64,000 bases of DNA, taken from NCBI RefSeq assembly GCF_009914755.1, contig NC_060928.1. The stretch is one strand, 5' to 3'. Position 1 is the first letter of the stretch. Each line of letters begins with the position of its first letter. Under the pieces are notes generated by a model, which was not told the origin of the DNA, ran no database searches, and saw nothing but the letters and a program-made list of their open reading frames with translations. This document shows positions 14,851 through 27,881 of the stretch, one piece after another. Position numbers and translations under genes: made by a program. Source of the stretch: the human T2T-CHM13v2.0 reference genome, Homo sapiens.

Positions 14851-16135
14851 ACTCTGGCACAAGGCGTGCCAGGCTCTAAGGCGCAACAGCCCAGGCTGGC
14901 CAGAGGCACTGGGTTTGGGAGCCACTGAGCAGAGGTCACCTGCGGTGGCGGGGCAGGGGGGTGCGGGGGGAGCCACTGTCCACAGCCTTGATGGCCAGGA
15001 AAGGCTTTTAGGGATTTGTTAAACACTGTACATATTCTCAAGTCTGGGGACTTTTTAATTTCTTTTTTTCTTTTTCTTTTTTTTTTGCAGTAGGCTTTTT
15101 TTTTAACTCTGAATTTTAACAACCTAACTATCTAAGAGATTTAAGAACTGCAGTTTTTCCAGGCTTATGAAATGCAAAATGTTAAACCTCCCACTTTGCT
15201 AATGAGAGAATACAATTACTGTCTAACCAAAATAATTTAATGGCTAAGTGAGATAATTTAAAGGATCTGGAAGAGTCATGAATGCAAATAAGTGATTTTC
15301 TGCAATGTTTATCTGCCCCTCCCAGCTGAAGTCACTGAGTATACCAGCAGCTGCAGATCCCACTGAGCAGCGCTGACGGGATGGGATGGAGCCCAGGCCA
15401 CCTGCTGGCCTGAGATGCAAGGTTCCCTCTGGCTGCGGGTGAGCCTTGGGCACAGGGAGTCAGCCTCCTGCAGGTGGGGCCTGGGCCTGTCTGATACCCA
15501 CAGCCTTTAGTGTCTGTCTTCAGCGCGTTTTGCTCTCTTTTCCTACCTAGACTCCAAGATTCCTTGCCACCTGTGCTCCTGCCGCCGTTCTCCGCCATCT
15601 GATAAGCACTCTCTGGGCCCTGACACTGACCTGAACTGGACCAGGGTTAAGCCCAAGTCGCCCCGTCCTTCTGGGAAGGCTCTGTGGAGTCTCCCACATT
15701 TCTCTCCAGCTGCCTTCACCTCTCCCTTGCTCCATGGTCTTGAGGGCTCAGCCTTCCGGCCCCCATTCATTAAAGTTCATGATTTTCAATCACAAAGAAA
15801 TGGCTACTTTACCAGAAAAAGCAGTCAGTTTGCTTAGGTATTTTTCCAGAGACAAAATGGAAGTTAAATGAAAGAAATAAGGTATCGCATTCCACCTAAG
15901 CCAGTGGGTAGCTTTACTTGAAAAACTGCCCGAATGTCCCTGTTTTGTCGTTGAGTGAACAGAGGAGCGGATGTGAGCATTTTTCAGCAGAGATGTGCTG
16001 CTTTGCAGGGAACAGGCAATATGGATGCATGTAAAATTCTTGCTTGAGGATTAAGAGTCCAAATGTGTTTTAAGAACTGGCTATGCAAAATCTCAGATAT
16101 AACTGATAAACTGTTGTAATCTGGTTGGCATATAG

Positions 16136-16483
<348 letters not shown>

Positions 16484-18243
16484 TGATTCCACTGGTATAC
16501 ATTTTTCCAATAAAACTCCAAAATTGATCCTATCCTAGGTATAATCTTATCCTTCTTCACACCTCTCCCATCCTTAAAAAAACTCTAAGTTAATTGGCCT
16601 TGGGAACATTTTTGGTTTCAATATTTACATTAGGATTTTGATTTTTTTAAATAATTATTGATCATTTCCAGTTTGAAAATGTTAAAAAAAATTTTTGAAC
16701 AGTAACAAATTTTAAGAGGACTTTTTATCCCCTAAAGAAAGCCAGTTTATATAGAACTACTGTTATGCCAGTATTTTAAGGTGCCAGGTGTATTTTCTGC
16801 TCTGATGAAATATTTAGGTAATTTCTAGCCAGACGAGATCAATAGAACAGGGCTGTACACTTTGTCGATATTTTGAGATTCTTTTTATTCCCAGACCACA
16901 AATGGACAGAGGCAGCTTTGCTCTTAAGAAGCGAGTATTTAACCACTAAAAATAGCTTATAGAATGTGAAGTCACCAAAAAGATATCTTGAGCATGGGAA
17001 AAAGAGAGCCCTGCGATCTCCCTTCTGTGATAAGAAAATTTCAAAGCACATTAGGGACTGGAATCTATCAGACTTCCATTCCGTCCCCAGAGGTACTTAT
17101 TTTGGGAATGCTTACAGATGATAAAAACATGTTTGTACACTAACTACTCAATCTCCAGGCTAAATATACAGTCTACAGACTGTGTTGGTGGCTGCGAAGG
17201 CATCGTTTTCCTCGCAGCAAAGCCAGGGCTCGATTGATGGAGAAATCAGATTAGGAACCTCATTAGCCTTTGAAATGCGTGGCTGTGGGGCGAGGCCAGA
17301 CTGAGGGAGATTCAGGGAGGCCAGTGAGAAAACCAACAGCTGCAGGAAGCAGTGTTCATCAAGTGGAGCACGTCTTGTGGGGGTTGGAGTATTTGGAAAG
17401 ATCTCAGAAGATATGCTTTCCTTTTCCTGTCACCAATGAGATATGCCTGGAATTGCTCGTTTTGTATATCTTAGAATGGGAAATGTCCAGCTTACAAATT
17501 ATTTTGAGGTTAATTGCTCTTAGGAGATGTTTGGCTGTTGCTGCATTTTTGTAGCCTTCCTCTTCCAAATTGACATCACCCTTTCCTACGTAGTGGGTGA
17601 GATCCTATTGTGTCTAGAGATAGAGACAGATCAGGGCTGTCTGTGGCTGGGAGTGATGGCAGTCTCCAAACAGAGAGGGGTTTCTCTCGCTCCCTGTCGT
17701 CCCATCTCAGGCCACAGGTGGGCAGCGGAGCCCAGAGTTAAGTGGGAAGCCATGAGTGGGCAGACATTAGCTGTGCCTTCCTCTGCCTCAGGGGTCACCA
17801 TCAGGATTTTCATCATTGTACTCGCTTCCCTTTCGTACCCTACCACATCCAGACTGGACCTGTGATGGGAGCTGAGGCTCCTTCTGGGTCTCAGTGTGTC
17901 TGAAACGGTCCTGTGTTGGGTGCTGGGATGATAGAACCGACACCCAGTGAGTCCTAGCAGTGGAACCACCTGCCCTGCTAATCAGACAACTGGAAACACC
18001 ATTCCAAGTGGTTTGGAGAGAGCTGTGGCTAAGTATTACTGTCTTTTTAAATTCAAACGTCGTGTTAGTTTGTTTTCAGTCCCCTGTAGTTGTAGCCTTC
18101 TGAAAATAAGAGGATAGCTTGTTCAATTATTATGGCTCTAAGGAGAATAGTTGTAGGAGGGGAAGAATTCCCTGCTGAAGCCTCTTGGCTTACATGTATT
18201 AATGCTAACTAGTGGCCCTTTAGGGCATACATAATTGTAAATA

Positions 18244-18572
18244 CAGTTATGTACTGCTTAACAAGAATACTCTGAGAAATGTGTCATTAGGTGATTTTGT
18301 CATGCAAACATCATAGAGTGCACTTATACAAATTTAGATGGCATAGCCTACTACACACGGAGGCTGTATGGTACAGCCTGTAGATCCTGGGTTACAAACC
18401 TCTACGGCACGTTACCGTACTGAATACTGTAACACAATGGTAAGTATTTGTGTATCTAAATATATCTAAACATAGAAAAGGTAGAGTAAAAATACAGTAT
18501 CATCATCTTATGGGACCACCATCCTATGTCGATCCATTGCTGACCAAAATGTCGTTATGTGGCGCGTGACTG
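18244..18572. mobile_element. Tigger3-derived MITE (Tigger3a/MER7-like)
   Basis: TA|CAGTTATG...CGTGACTG|TA terminal inverted repeats with TA TSD; internal ATCATAGAGTGCACTTA.ACAAA..TAGATGG.ATAGCCTACTACAC. Confidence 0.85.
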
Positions 18573-18639
18573 TATAATCCTGTTTCACCTGTAACAGCCG
18601 TGTGATTTTGTGGCTCATATCTTTATATAAATAGCAGGT

Positions 18640-18800
18640 TAGTGCTTACTGGCTGTATGTCCTTGGGCAGTCACTTAATGTTTCTGAGCCACTGTGTCCC
18701 CACCTGTGAATATAGGAGTAGCACACCATTCAAGAGTTTTATTAGAAATCAAGCAATGTGCTATTATGTTTACCGTGTAGCAGGTATGCAAGCAGTATAC
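18640..18800 (+). mobile_element. MIR fragment
   Basis: CTTACTGGCTGT.TG.CCTTGGGCAGTCACTTAA...TCTGAGCC. Confidence 0.6.
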
Positions 18801-18894
18801 ACAATTAATTATTATTAATTAAATCTCAGGTGCTCCTGTAATTTACTCCTGTTAATCATTACTAGGGAGGCTTCCGTTTCCGTAGTTCCCAATC

Positions 18895-20538
18895 TTTTTA
18901 AAAATTGATTGCTAATATTTGTACATATTCACATGGGACGTGTGATATTTGGATACATGCATAGAATGTGTAATGATCAGGGTATTTAAGATAACCATCT
19001 CCCTGAGCATTTATCATTTCTTTATGTTGAGGATATTTCATATCTTCTCTTCTAGTTATTTTGAAATGTACAATAAATTATTGTTAACTATAGTCACCCT
19101 ACTGTGTTACTGGACGCTAGAATGTATTTCTTCTCTCTAACTGTATGTTTGTACCCCTTAACCAGCCTCCCTTCATCTCTCCTGCCACCCCCTTTCCCAG
19201 CTTCTTGTGTCATTCCACTCTCCACCTCCATGAGATCATCTTTTTTTGCTCCCATATATAAGTAAGAACATGTGGTATTTGTCTTTCTGTGCCTGGCCTA
19301 TTTCTCTGAACATAATGACCTCCAGTTCCACCCATGGTGCTGAAAATGACAGGATTTCATTCTTTATTATGGCTGAATAATATTTAATTGTGTATGTATA
19401 CTCCATTTTCTTTATCCACTTGTTCGTTGATGGATACTTAGGTTGATTCCATGTCTTTGCTATTGTGAATAATGCGGCAATAAGCATGGGGGTGCAGGTA
19501 TCTCTCTCTTATACTGATTTCCTTTCCTTTGGATAAATTACCCACTAATGAAATTGCTATATTGTATCGTAGTTTTACTTTCAGTTTTTTTTTGAGAAAT
19601 CTCCATTTTACATAATGACTGTACTAATTTACAATCCCACCAACAGCATCCTTGCCGGTATCTATTTTTTGGCTTCCTGTTAGTAGCCAATCTTACTGGG
19701 GCAAGACAATCCTCATTGCGGCTTTGATTTGCATTTTCCTGGTGACTAGTGATTTTGAGCATTTTTTCATATACCTGTTTGTCATTTGTATGTCTTCTTT
19801 AAAGAAATGTCTGTTTAGATCCCTTGCCCATTTTTAGTGGGATTATTTGTTGTTGTTTTGTTGTTGAGTAATTTGAGTTTCTTGTATATTTTGGATATCA
19901 GACCTTTGTCAGATGAATAGTTTGCATATATTTTCTTCCACTCAAGAGGTTGTGTCTTCACTCTGTTGGTAGTTTCCTTTGTTGTGCAGAAGTTTAGTTT
20001 AACATAGTTTCGTTTGTCTATTTTTTGTTTCCTGTACTTTTAAGGTCTTAGCCATAAAATCTTTGCCTAAATCAAGGTCCTTGAGTGTTTCTCCTGTATT
20101 TTCTTCTAGTAGTTTCATCCTGTTGGGTCTTATATTTAAGTTTTTAATTCATTTTGAGTTGATTTTTGCATATGGTGAGAGATAGGGGTCTAGTTTCATT
20201 CTTCTGCATATGAATGTCCAGTTTTTCCAGCACCATTTGTTGGACAGAATGTCCTTTCCCCAGCATATATTCTTGATGCCTTTTTTCAAAAGTCAGTTGG
20301 CTATAAGTACATGGATTTAGTTCTGGGTTCTCTATTCTGTTCCACTGGTCTATGTGTCTTTTTATACCAATACCATGCTGTTTTGTTTGCAGTAGCCTTA
20401 TAGCATATTTTGAAGCCAGGCAGGGTGATGCTTCCAGCTTTGTTCTTTTTGCTCAGGATTGCTTTGGCTATTTGGGCTCCTTTTTGATTCCAAACAAATT
20501 TTAAGACTGTTTTTTCTATTACTGAGAAAAATGTCATT
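18895..20538 (-). mobile_element. L1MA-type LINE, 3' UTR plus decayed ORF2 end
   Basis: Minus-strand ORF remnants MLIAALFTIAKTWNQPKYPS... and ...[32 protein letters not shown] match the L1 ORF2p C-terminus. Confidence 0.92.
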
Positions 20539-20599
20539 CCAGTCTGTTTATATCCTCTCTCAGGCTACTTCATACATGCCTGGATTTGAATCTCGAAGC

Positions 20600-20778
20600 T
20601 TGTGGTTCTTAAGTTTTTTATGTCGAAGAATCCCCTGGATTGTGTGTTAAAATGCATACCTCCTGGCACTACCTGGAGAGGTTCTAAATGTAGGTTTTTG
20701 GTGAGGCCCAGCACTGCATTGTTAAGAAGCACCTCAGGTTTTTTTGATCCAGACAGGCTGATCACAATTTGAAAAATA
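20600..20778. mobile_element. MER5-type hAT-Charlie relic
   Basis: GTGGTTCTTAA...AGAATCCCCTGGA...TGTTAAAATGCA...GAGGCCCAG..CTGCATT.TTAA.AAGCACCTCAGGT. Confidence 0.65.
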
Positions 20779-20839
20779 AGACCCAACATGTGAAATTCCC
20801 TGAATACATGAGCCTTTGGTTTCTCATCATTTGCCACTT

Positions 20840-20980
20840 ACCTGTCATTTATTGAGCAGCCAACTATGTGCAACATATTTTTCTAGGGTATTTACATACA
20901 GTATTTTTTTGTCTTCATAATAGTCTGATATTATAATGATTAGTGTCCTGGTTTTACATTGAGGAAACTGAAACTGGAAT
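20840..20980 (-). mobile_element. MIR fragment
   Basis: CATTTATTGAGC...ACTATGTGC...TTTTACA.TGAGGAAACTGA. Confidence 0.65.
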
Positions 20981-21519
20981 GTCCCAGAAAACTCCTTCAC
21001 TCACATGTCTGGCCTGGCCTGAGATGGCCGAAAATCTGAGGGCTGACTAGCATTGCTCATTCTTTATTTTCTGTTAATCAGTTTATATACAACCCCTAAG
21101 CAAGATAATATTATGTGTTCTGAAGTTCATTTATTTGCACTGCTATATAATATTCATTGATTTAACATAATACCTCTTGAAGAGTAACCAAGGACCAAGA
21201 ACAGTATATGCCAAGTCAGAGTTTAATTTTTAGAGCAGCAATACCCTGGAGTAAGTTCAGTGAGTCTCTCTGAAAGCTCCTTCCAAATACGGTGAGATTG
21301 TAAAAGGCACTTTTGGATTGACTGTGATAAGGAATTGAGAAGTCGCTCTTGGCAAGGATCATCATTGCAGCCTAATGTCTTCTGCGTGGGCATTAAAGCT
21401 GGCCCAGTTCTCTACAAGGTGTAGGATGAGTGGTAGAGGCTCAAGCAGGCTCAGAGTTAGGCAACAGTCAAATCTGTTTGCCCATGAACATAGCTGGGCA
21501 AAGGTTCTTTTTAACACAT

Positions 21520-21800
21520 GATCAAATTATCCATTCCCTTTGCCAATGGACATTTGTGTTGTTTCCATTTTTTTTTTTTTGCTATTAAAAATAATGCAGC
21601 TATAAACACTTTGGACATGTCTCCTTGGAGCACTTGGGGATCTCTCTCAAGAAAATATTCCCAGGAGTGGAATATTTGGGCCACCGTGTACGTGGGTCAT
21701 CAAGTTTCTTAGATAATGCTAAATTGTTTCTAAAAAGACTTGTGTGAGTCCACACTCCCACCAGCAGTATGTAAGTAAGACCTGTTGCTGTCCAGTCCCA
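21520..21800 (-). mobile_element. Old L1ME-like fragment
   Basis: TTATCCATTCCCT...ATGGACATTTG.GTTGTTTCCA.TTTTTT.GCTATT...CCCAGGAGTGGAAT...CACTCCCACCAGCAGT. Confidence 0.65.
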
Positions 21801-22596
21801 CAACAGGGTGCTCTTTCTGGTGGCAGTGAATGAATGGATCCCTTGTGAGTCAATTTGGGATGTGATAGGAGAGTTAAATAAATGCAACATTATAGAATCT
21901 GTACAGAATCAGCATCAGGGATCTTCAGGAAGGAACTTGGCTTATACATCATTTTTTGGTACCAAAATACCTCATAGAATGCTGCACCCCGTACATTCAT
22001 ATTTACTGAGTTATGAAATTCTAGCCCATGAAATTGCCTTTCTACCTGGTTTGTGTGTTTTTAAAAATCCTTAAAAGGCTTGCATGCATTCTGTCTTCTC
22101 TGAAATACACATAATTCCAGTCTGTCATATAGGATTTTTGTGTGGGTTTATAATAATGGGTTTAATGGCTAAAAAGCATAATGCAATGTTCATATAAATA
22201 ATGAAGTTGGTATATCAAAATAAAAGTGGAGAGATGCTCAAAGGCTGAGTTAATGAGAGAAGACAAACACAAAAATCTTTGACTGTCTTCAAGTACAGTA
22301 AAATTTCAGCTGTGTCATCACTGGGGGTTTTCCTGGATGCGGAACAGCTGTGACTGCTTCGTGTAGCAGGTGCTGGACTTCACCGGTCTCTATAGTGGTA
22401 GCAAATTTGGGTCACCGGGAAAGGCAGTTCTTGCTGTTCCTGTCACTTTCTAGCCATCTGAAAAAATGATACAGTGTTGTTAGGATCACAGAAGGATATG
22501 GAGAACACCCAAAGTCCAAGGGGCATTGGCCAATAAGAAGACAAATGTGGGATTTGTCCTCTTTGCCACTAAATTACCAGAAAGAATGCTGCTCAC

Positions 22597-22783
22597 GTTG
22601 ATCATGACTCAGAGTCAGCGCCTCGGTGCCCGGGAGGAGTCTGTGAACTTGTGTGGTGATTCGGCTCTGGCCCTGAGGGACAAATGTCCGCTTTTGAAAA
22701 CCACCAGCCACTCAGCAGCCCTCACGACGGAACCAATCAGCCACTGCATGTTCAGCAGTGGAGCCGATTGCAGGAAGACCTCT
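22597..22783 (-). ncRNA. Candidate internal exon (187 nt) of a spliced minus-strand non-coding transcript
   Basis: Acceptor tattcttattctcccag|A, donor AAC|gtgagc; followed by a 139-nt intron with CCTAAC branch point and ttttttcag acceptor (next exon starts at 22457). Stops in all frames. Sequence signals only. Confidence 0.35.
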
Positions 22784-24111
22784 CTGGGAGAATAAGAATA
22801 GGACCAGCCAAACTTCCCTTTAGAAATAAAATTCAGCTCAATCCAAAACAGTCATATTGCATTTTTATTATGTCCACCACAGTGAACTGGGGATTGCGGG
22901 GGAGACAGAGAAGGAAGGCATGGCTCTGGCTTCAAAGACCTGGTAATCAGATGTGTTCTTCACTGAAAAAGGGAAGAGAGGCAGAAAGAAGGAAGCCACG
23001 TTTGCTGTCAAGCCTTCACCCTACCTTGCTTGCAAAATTATAATTTACAAATTTAACATTAGTGACTTTCAGAAAAAGATAGGCAGCAGAAACATAGGAA
23101 CTGGCACTTTCTTAGATGTATGTTGCCGATGAAAGAGGGAAAAGATGTAGACAAGAAATCCTCTCTTAAAATGGAGAGCTGGGGAAAAGTCGGGTCTCTC
23201 CTATCAAAGAGACAACTACAAGTGCTGCTTGCTTCTGTGTGTTTGACACCGCAGTCGGTGAACTGGGCCAATGTCAGCCCACAGAAATTGGAACAGCCTG
23301 AGTATATCTGGAAGCAAATACTCCACAGATGGAGAGGGAAGTGGGAGGTTAGCTCAGACCACTTGATTTTACTTAAACAGCTTTCAATTTTGTGAACTTG
23401 GAAAAGAAAAGGCCAGCAGAACTAATAAAGTCCACGTGACATCAATTCTGTTTCTTTAACACCTAGATAAATAACAAGTGAAGTCCACTGTCACCAAACA
23501 TGGGACCTATGTTGCAATTCCCTTTCCTAAGGAGGGTCGTTTTCTGATTGCTGGGCATGAGTATGAGTATTTGAGAGGCATCAGATCATAGAAGGAGGCC
23601 TTAATAATTGTGGGCATGTACGTGAAGAAAGGGCAGATGCAGCAGTGATTATTTCCTGTTTAGAGATGTTTGTCAGGACACCTTCGAGGGTGGGAACAAG
23701 TTTCCACGGTTAGCAGAACAGATGGACGGAAGGGCAGCTGAGCCCTGCTTCCACAGTGGACTCCAGAGCTCTTGGGTAACATTTAGGATGCAGCCATCCA
23801 GAAACATCGTGAGGCCAAATGTAGGAAGATGCCAGGACCCAGGTGTACCCAGCGTTGGGGTGAACTAGTTTGTTGCTTAGAACTAAATCTAACTCAGGTT
23901 CTCTTTCTGCAGAAGGCTTTACAAGACCATAAGGGAGAAGGGAGAAGGAGAGGCAGTCTATAATTGCCTCTACCATCTTCACTCCCACCCCTAACCTTAC
24001 TCATGCCAGCCTTCTCTTCCCACATCCCATACTTTTCTTATTCAGAATTCATTAGCCAGAAAATATAGTAGCAGCCATAACTGACATTTTCATATTGACA
24101 TGTAATGTCTA

Positions 24112-24328
24112 GGTCAATTCTCAGCCAAGTGTGATTTTACTTCCCAGAGGACATTTATTGGTAGCTAGAGATAACTGGGGTTGTCACAACTGAGGAGGGG
24201 GATGCTACTGGCATGTAGTGGGGAGAGGCCAGCCATGCAGCTAAATATCCTACAAGGCACAAGACAGCCCCAACATTTAAGAATTATTGGGCCCACAATG
24301 TCAATAGTGTCATAGTTAAGAAACCCTG
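24112..24328. mobile_element. MER20 (hAT-Charlie)
   Basis: GGTTGTCACAACTG.GG.GGGGGATGCTACTGGCAT.TAGTGGG.AGAGGCCAG..ATGC.GCTAAA.ATCCTACA...CAATGTCAATAGTG...GTTAAGAAACCCTG. Confidence 0.9.
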
Positions 24329-24333
24329 GTCTA

Positions 24334-24723
<390 letters not shown>

Positions 24724-25171
24724 CTAATTTTATAAAGTTGATTTTAGACTTTATTTCATTGGCCATTAAATATTAGCAGGCAGTTTTAGTGATGTTTTTG
24801 TCATCAGTGCTCTTCTAACAGCCCTGATGATGGATTTCCTTTTTATAACATGTTGCAGATCACACTTGTGAATCACATCTTCATTCTGTCAGTTGCTGAC
24901 TTTGGGGGAAAGGTGAGATTTCCTACCTACCTTCTAATCTACATTCTCTTGTTTTTCCTAAGTGGGTAGGATCTTGTTGTCTAATGATCTTTTTTGCTCT
25001 TGAGGACATTTACATACCCAGTGAGAAACAACAACATACTTTGCATGGCCACTGGTTTGATGTTCATTCTCTTTTAATTTATTTGAATTTAATTAAGATA
25101 ATCTTATTTAGAACTCAACTATTAACATGGCGAATACATTGGTTCAGTCGTGTGAACCAACAAAAGGTTTT

Positions 25172-25417
25172 TTTATTTTTTAATTTATATATATATATAT
25201 ATATAGTTTTTTTTATTATACTTTAAGTTCTAGGGTACATGTGCACAACGTGCAGGTTTGTTACATATGTATACATGTGCCATGTTGGTGTGCTGCACCC
25301 ATTAACTCGTCATTTACATTAGGTATTTCTCCTAGTGCTATCCCTCCCCCCTCCCCCCACCCCACAACAGGCCCCGGTGTGTGATGTTCCCCTTCCTGTG
25401 TCCAAGTGTTCTCATTG
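25172..25417 (-). mobile_element. Young L1PA (about L1PA3-5) 3' end, heavily 5'-truncated
   Basis: TTATTATACTTTAAGTTCTAGGGTACATGTGCACAACGTGCAGG...GTGTTCTCATTG near-consensus; TSD CCAACAAAAG(G)TTTT at 25157 and 25430. Confidence 0.92.
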
Positions 25418-26959
25418 AATGGGCAAAAGCCAACAAAAGTTTTGATGTGAAGCCTGCAGCATGCTCTCCATCTGATTGTGTTTATCTTCCTTTCTGATCT
25501 CTCGGGGTAACTAACTACTGCTTCTGGGGCAGATGGCATGATGGCTTCTTCTGCTGGGCTGTGCTGCATGACTTGAGATATGACAGAAATCTGGAGATTT
25601 AGTGCAGATGCCCAAATATTAGTTGACCTCGAATATAAAACACTCTTGATGAGAAGTTCCTGAAGTTTTTTTCTTTTTTTGGGCCATCTTGAACATATGA
25701 ATATTGAGATTTAGATAAAATAATCAATACAGTTAATTAATTTAATATTTAATAAATTTAGTTGTATCCATAATTTAAAATTCCTTTATTATCTAAGATA
25801 ACATTTGAACAGTATTTTTTTCGACTTCTTACTTTGGTAAAACAATTTAGTTCGGCTCATGATGTGTGGCTCTAAATAGGGGATCTTCATCATCACCAGA
25901 ACTACTTTCTGAGCTCTCTCCTATGACATTTTTCCCACGTCATAATCCATTGATTTTTTTGAGAAGTAGTTTTTTAAATAATATATGTGATGTCATTGGA
26001 AATTGTATCCCATGCTGTAGCTGCCCATTCACACAACATTAAAAATTACTTTTTCATTCATCTTTTTACATGCCTGTTTGCAACATTCACTTACATGTGT
26101 GAGGTTAAATATCTGGAGGAATAATGATTATAATGATTATATCTGTTTAGCGAATTCTGAAGGGTGACTTTTATAAGCAACAATCAACTAGCAAAGACTG
26201 AGGTCATTTCAGGATTTGTCTTTCATAAGCCATATTTTGTTGTTCATAATAAAGTATCTAAGATGGCATCCTTTAAGGTAAATCATTTTGTAAGATCACA
26301 AATGGAAGACAATTACTCTTTTCTGAGGTACATTTTTGTTTCAGATGAAAAACTCCCACCTTAATGTTTGAATATGCAAAATATGTAATTGTATATTTTT
26401 CTATTTTGATTCATTAATGTTATTATGAGACTTTCACTTGGCTTTACTCTGATAACTCATTTATTACCTGACTATAACTAGGATACACTAAGAAAAATCG
26501 GATATAATAGTTGAAAACTGGGCTAATAAAAGATTTTAATTCTAAGCTCAGTTAAGTTTTGCTAAAATAATTCATTGAAAGCTACTAACTGGATTCGCCC
26601 TAGTTCCTGTTCCAATATCTAAACTATAGAAAAGGCTTTTATTTATTTCTTAAATAAAAGATTCCTGAAGAATGCCCACACAAGAGAAACCACAGAGCCC
26701 AGATTCTCCCTTTGTATGAACTCATCCTGAAACCACACATTTACTCCCAGAGAGGTAACAATATGTTTCTGCAATGATATGCAGGTTAAAAAAAAGCTTT
26801 CAGGACAAAAAAAGAAATGAATAAAAAATCAAGCCAAAACACATGGATTCCAGGTGTGCATCCAAGACAGCTTTTTGACAGATGTAAATATTTCCTGAGC
26901 AATTTTGCTGATCTTATGATGTGTATCTCACAGCCATTTCCATAAAAAAATGCAAGTGA

Positions 26960-27150
26960 GTCAGGATGAAAGAGACTTCCACCTGGACTTCAACGTCTCC
27001 AGCATTTACTACCTGGGTGATCTTGAACAAGTCACAGTTTCTTTTCAATTTTCCTTATCTCTGAGGACGCTTCTCAGGCTGACTGCCAACAAATATGTAG
27101 GAAAACATACTCAGTACAAAACATCTGCCTGGCACATAAACATTGGTTGA
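26960..27150 (+). mobile_element. MIR/L2-type ancient fragment
   Basis: CATTTACTA.CTGGGTGA.CTTGAACAAGTCAC...TTTCCTTATCT...GCCTGGCACATA. Confidence 0.55.
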
Positions 27151-27881
27151 AACTGATTAGTAAAAGTATAAAACTTGCTGATGACTTAGTGATTATTACT
27201 GCTGTCTTCAATTGCCAGTAATTTATTTCTACTATCTTGATGGTAAAGGCGTGATTTTTTTTTTTTTTGAGGGGCTGCAATAGTATTCTCTATTTATAAT
27301 TTGGGAAAAATTACAAATGTTTTTGCTTTCAAAATCTGGAATAACAGAGGCCAGGAATTGATAGGCCATTTTAGATTTTTCCAAGTGGAGTTCTTCCTGG
27401 TCCAGTTTTCAGTGGATTTGGGGATAAATAAGTTTCCCTCCAGGTTGTGGAGTGCTTTATTTCCTGGAACTTTTTCACATGAAGTCATCACTTGTTCTTT
27501 ATTTAGGTGGGCCTACGGCCACATTTGAATCAGATCAGTGTAAACTTTGACTCGTGTACTGAGACTTCTGGAAAAGACAGCACACTAGCTTGGGAGTCTG
27601 ACCCCCTTCCTTAAACTCAACCTGAAATGCTACATAAGCAACTGGGAGAATGACTGCTAACAGAATCAGTACAGCTCTTGCGGTAGCAGAAGGTGTTAGG
27701 TGATTTTCTGGGAGAGAGCAGCCCATACCCGAAGAGAACCAGCTGTCACTAATGAGGGGACACTGTGGGAAGGAGCTTTCTAGTTGTCCTAAGGTTTTCA
27801 TCCTTCGTTGCCTCAGAGGGAGCATTGTTTTCCCCCATCCCTGCAGGTGGGGAAACACAGCATCCCCAGGACGGCACATGA

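Noticed and set aside
19236-20537. L1 ORF2-like peptides as functional CDS (also 59858-60787)
   Set aside because: Fragmented by stops and frameshifts; dead, truncated L1 copies.
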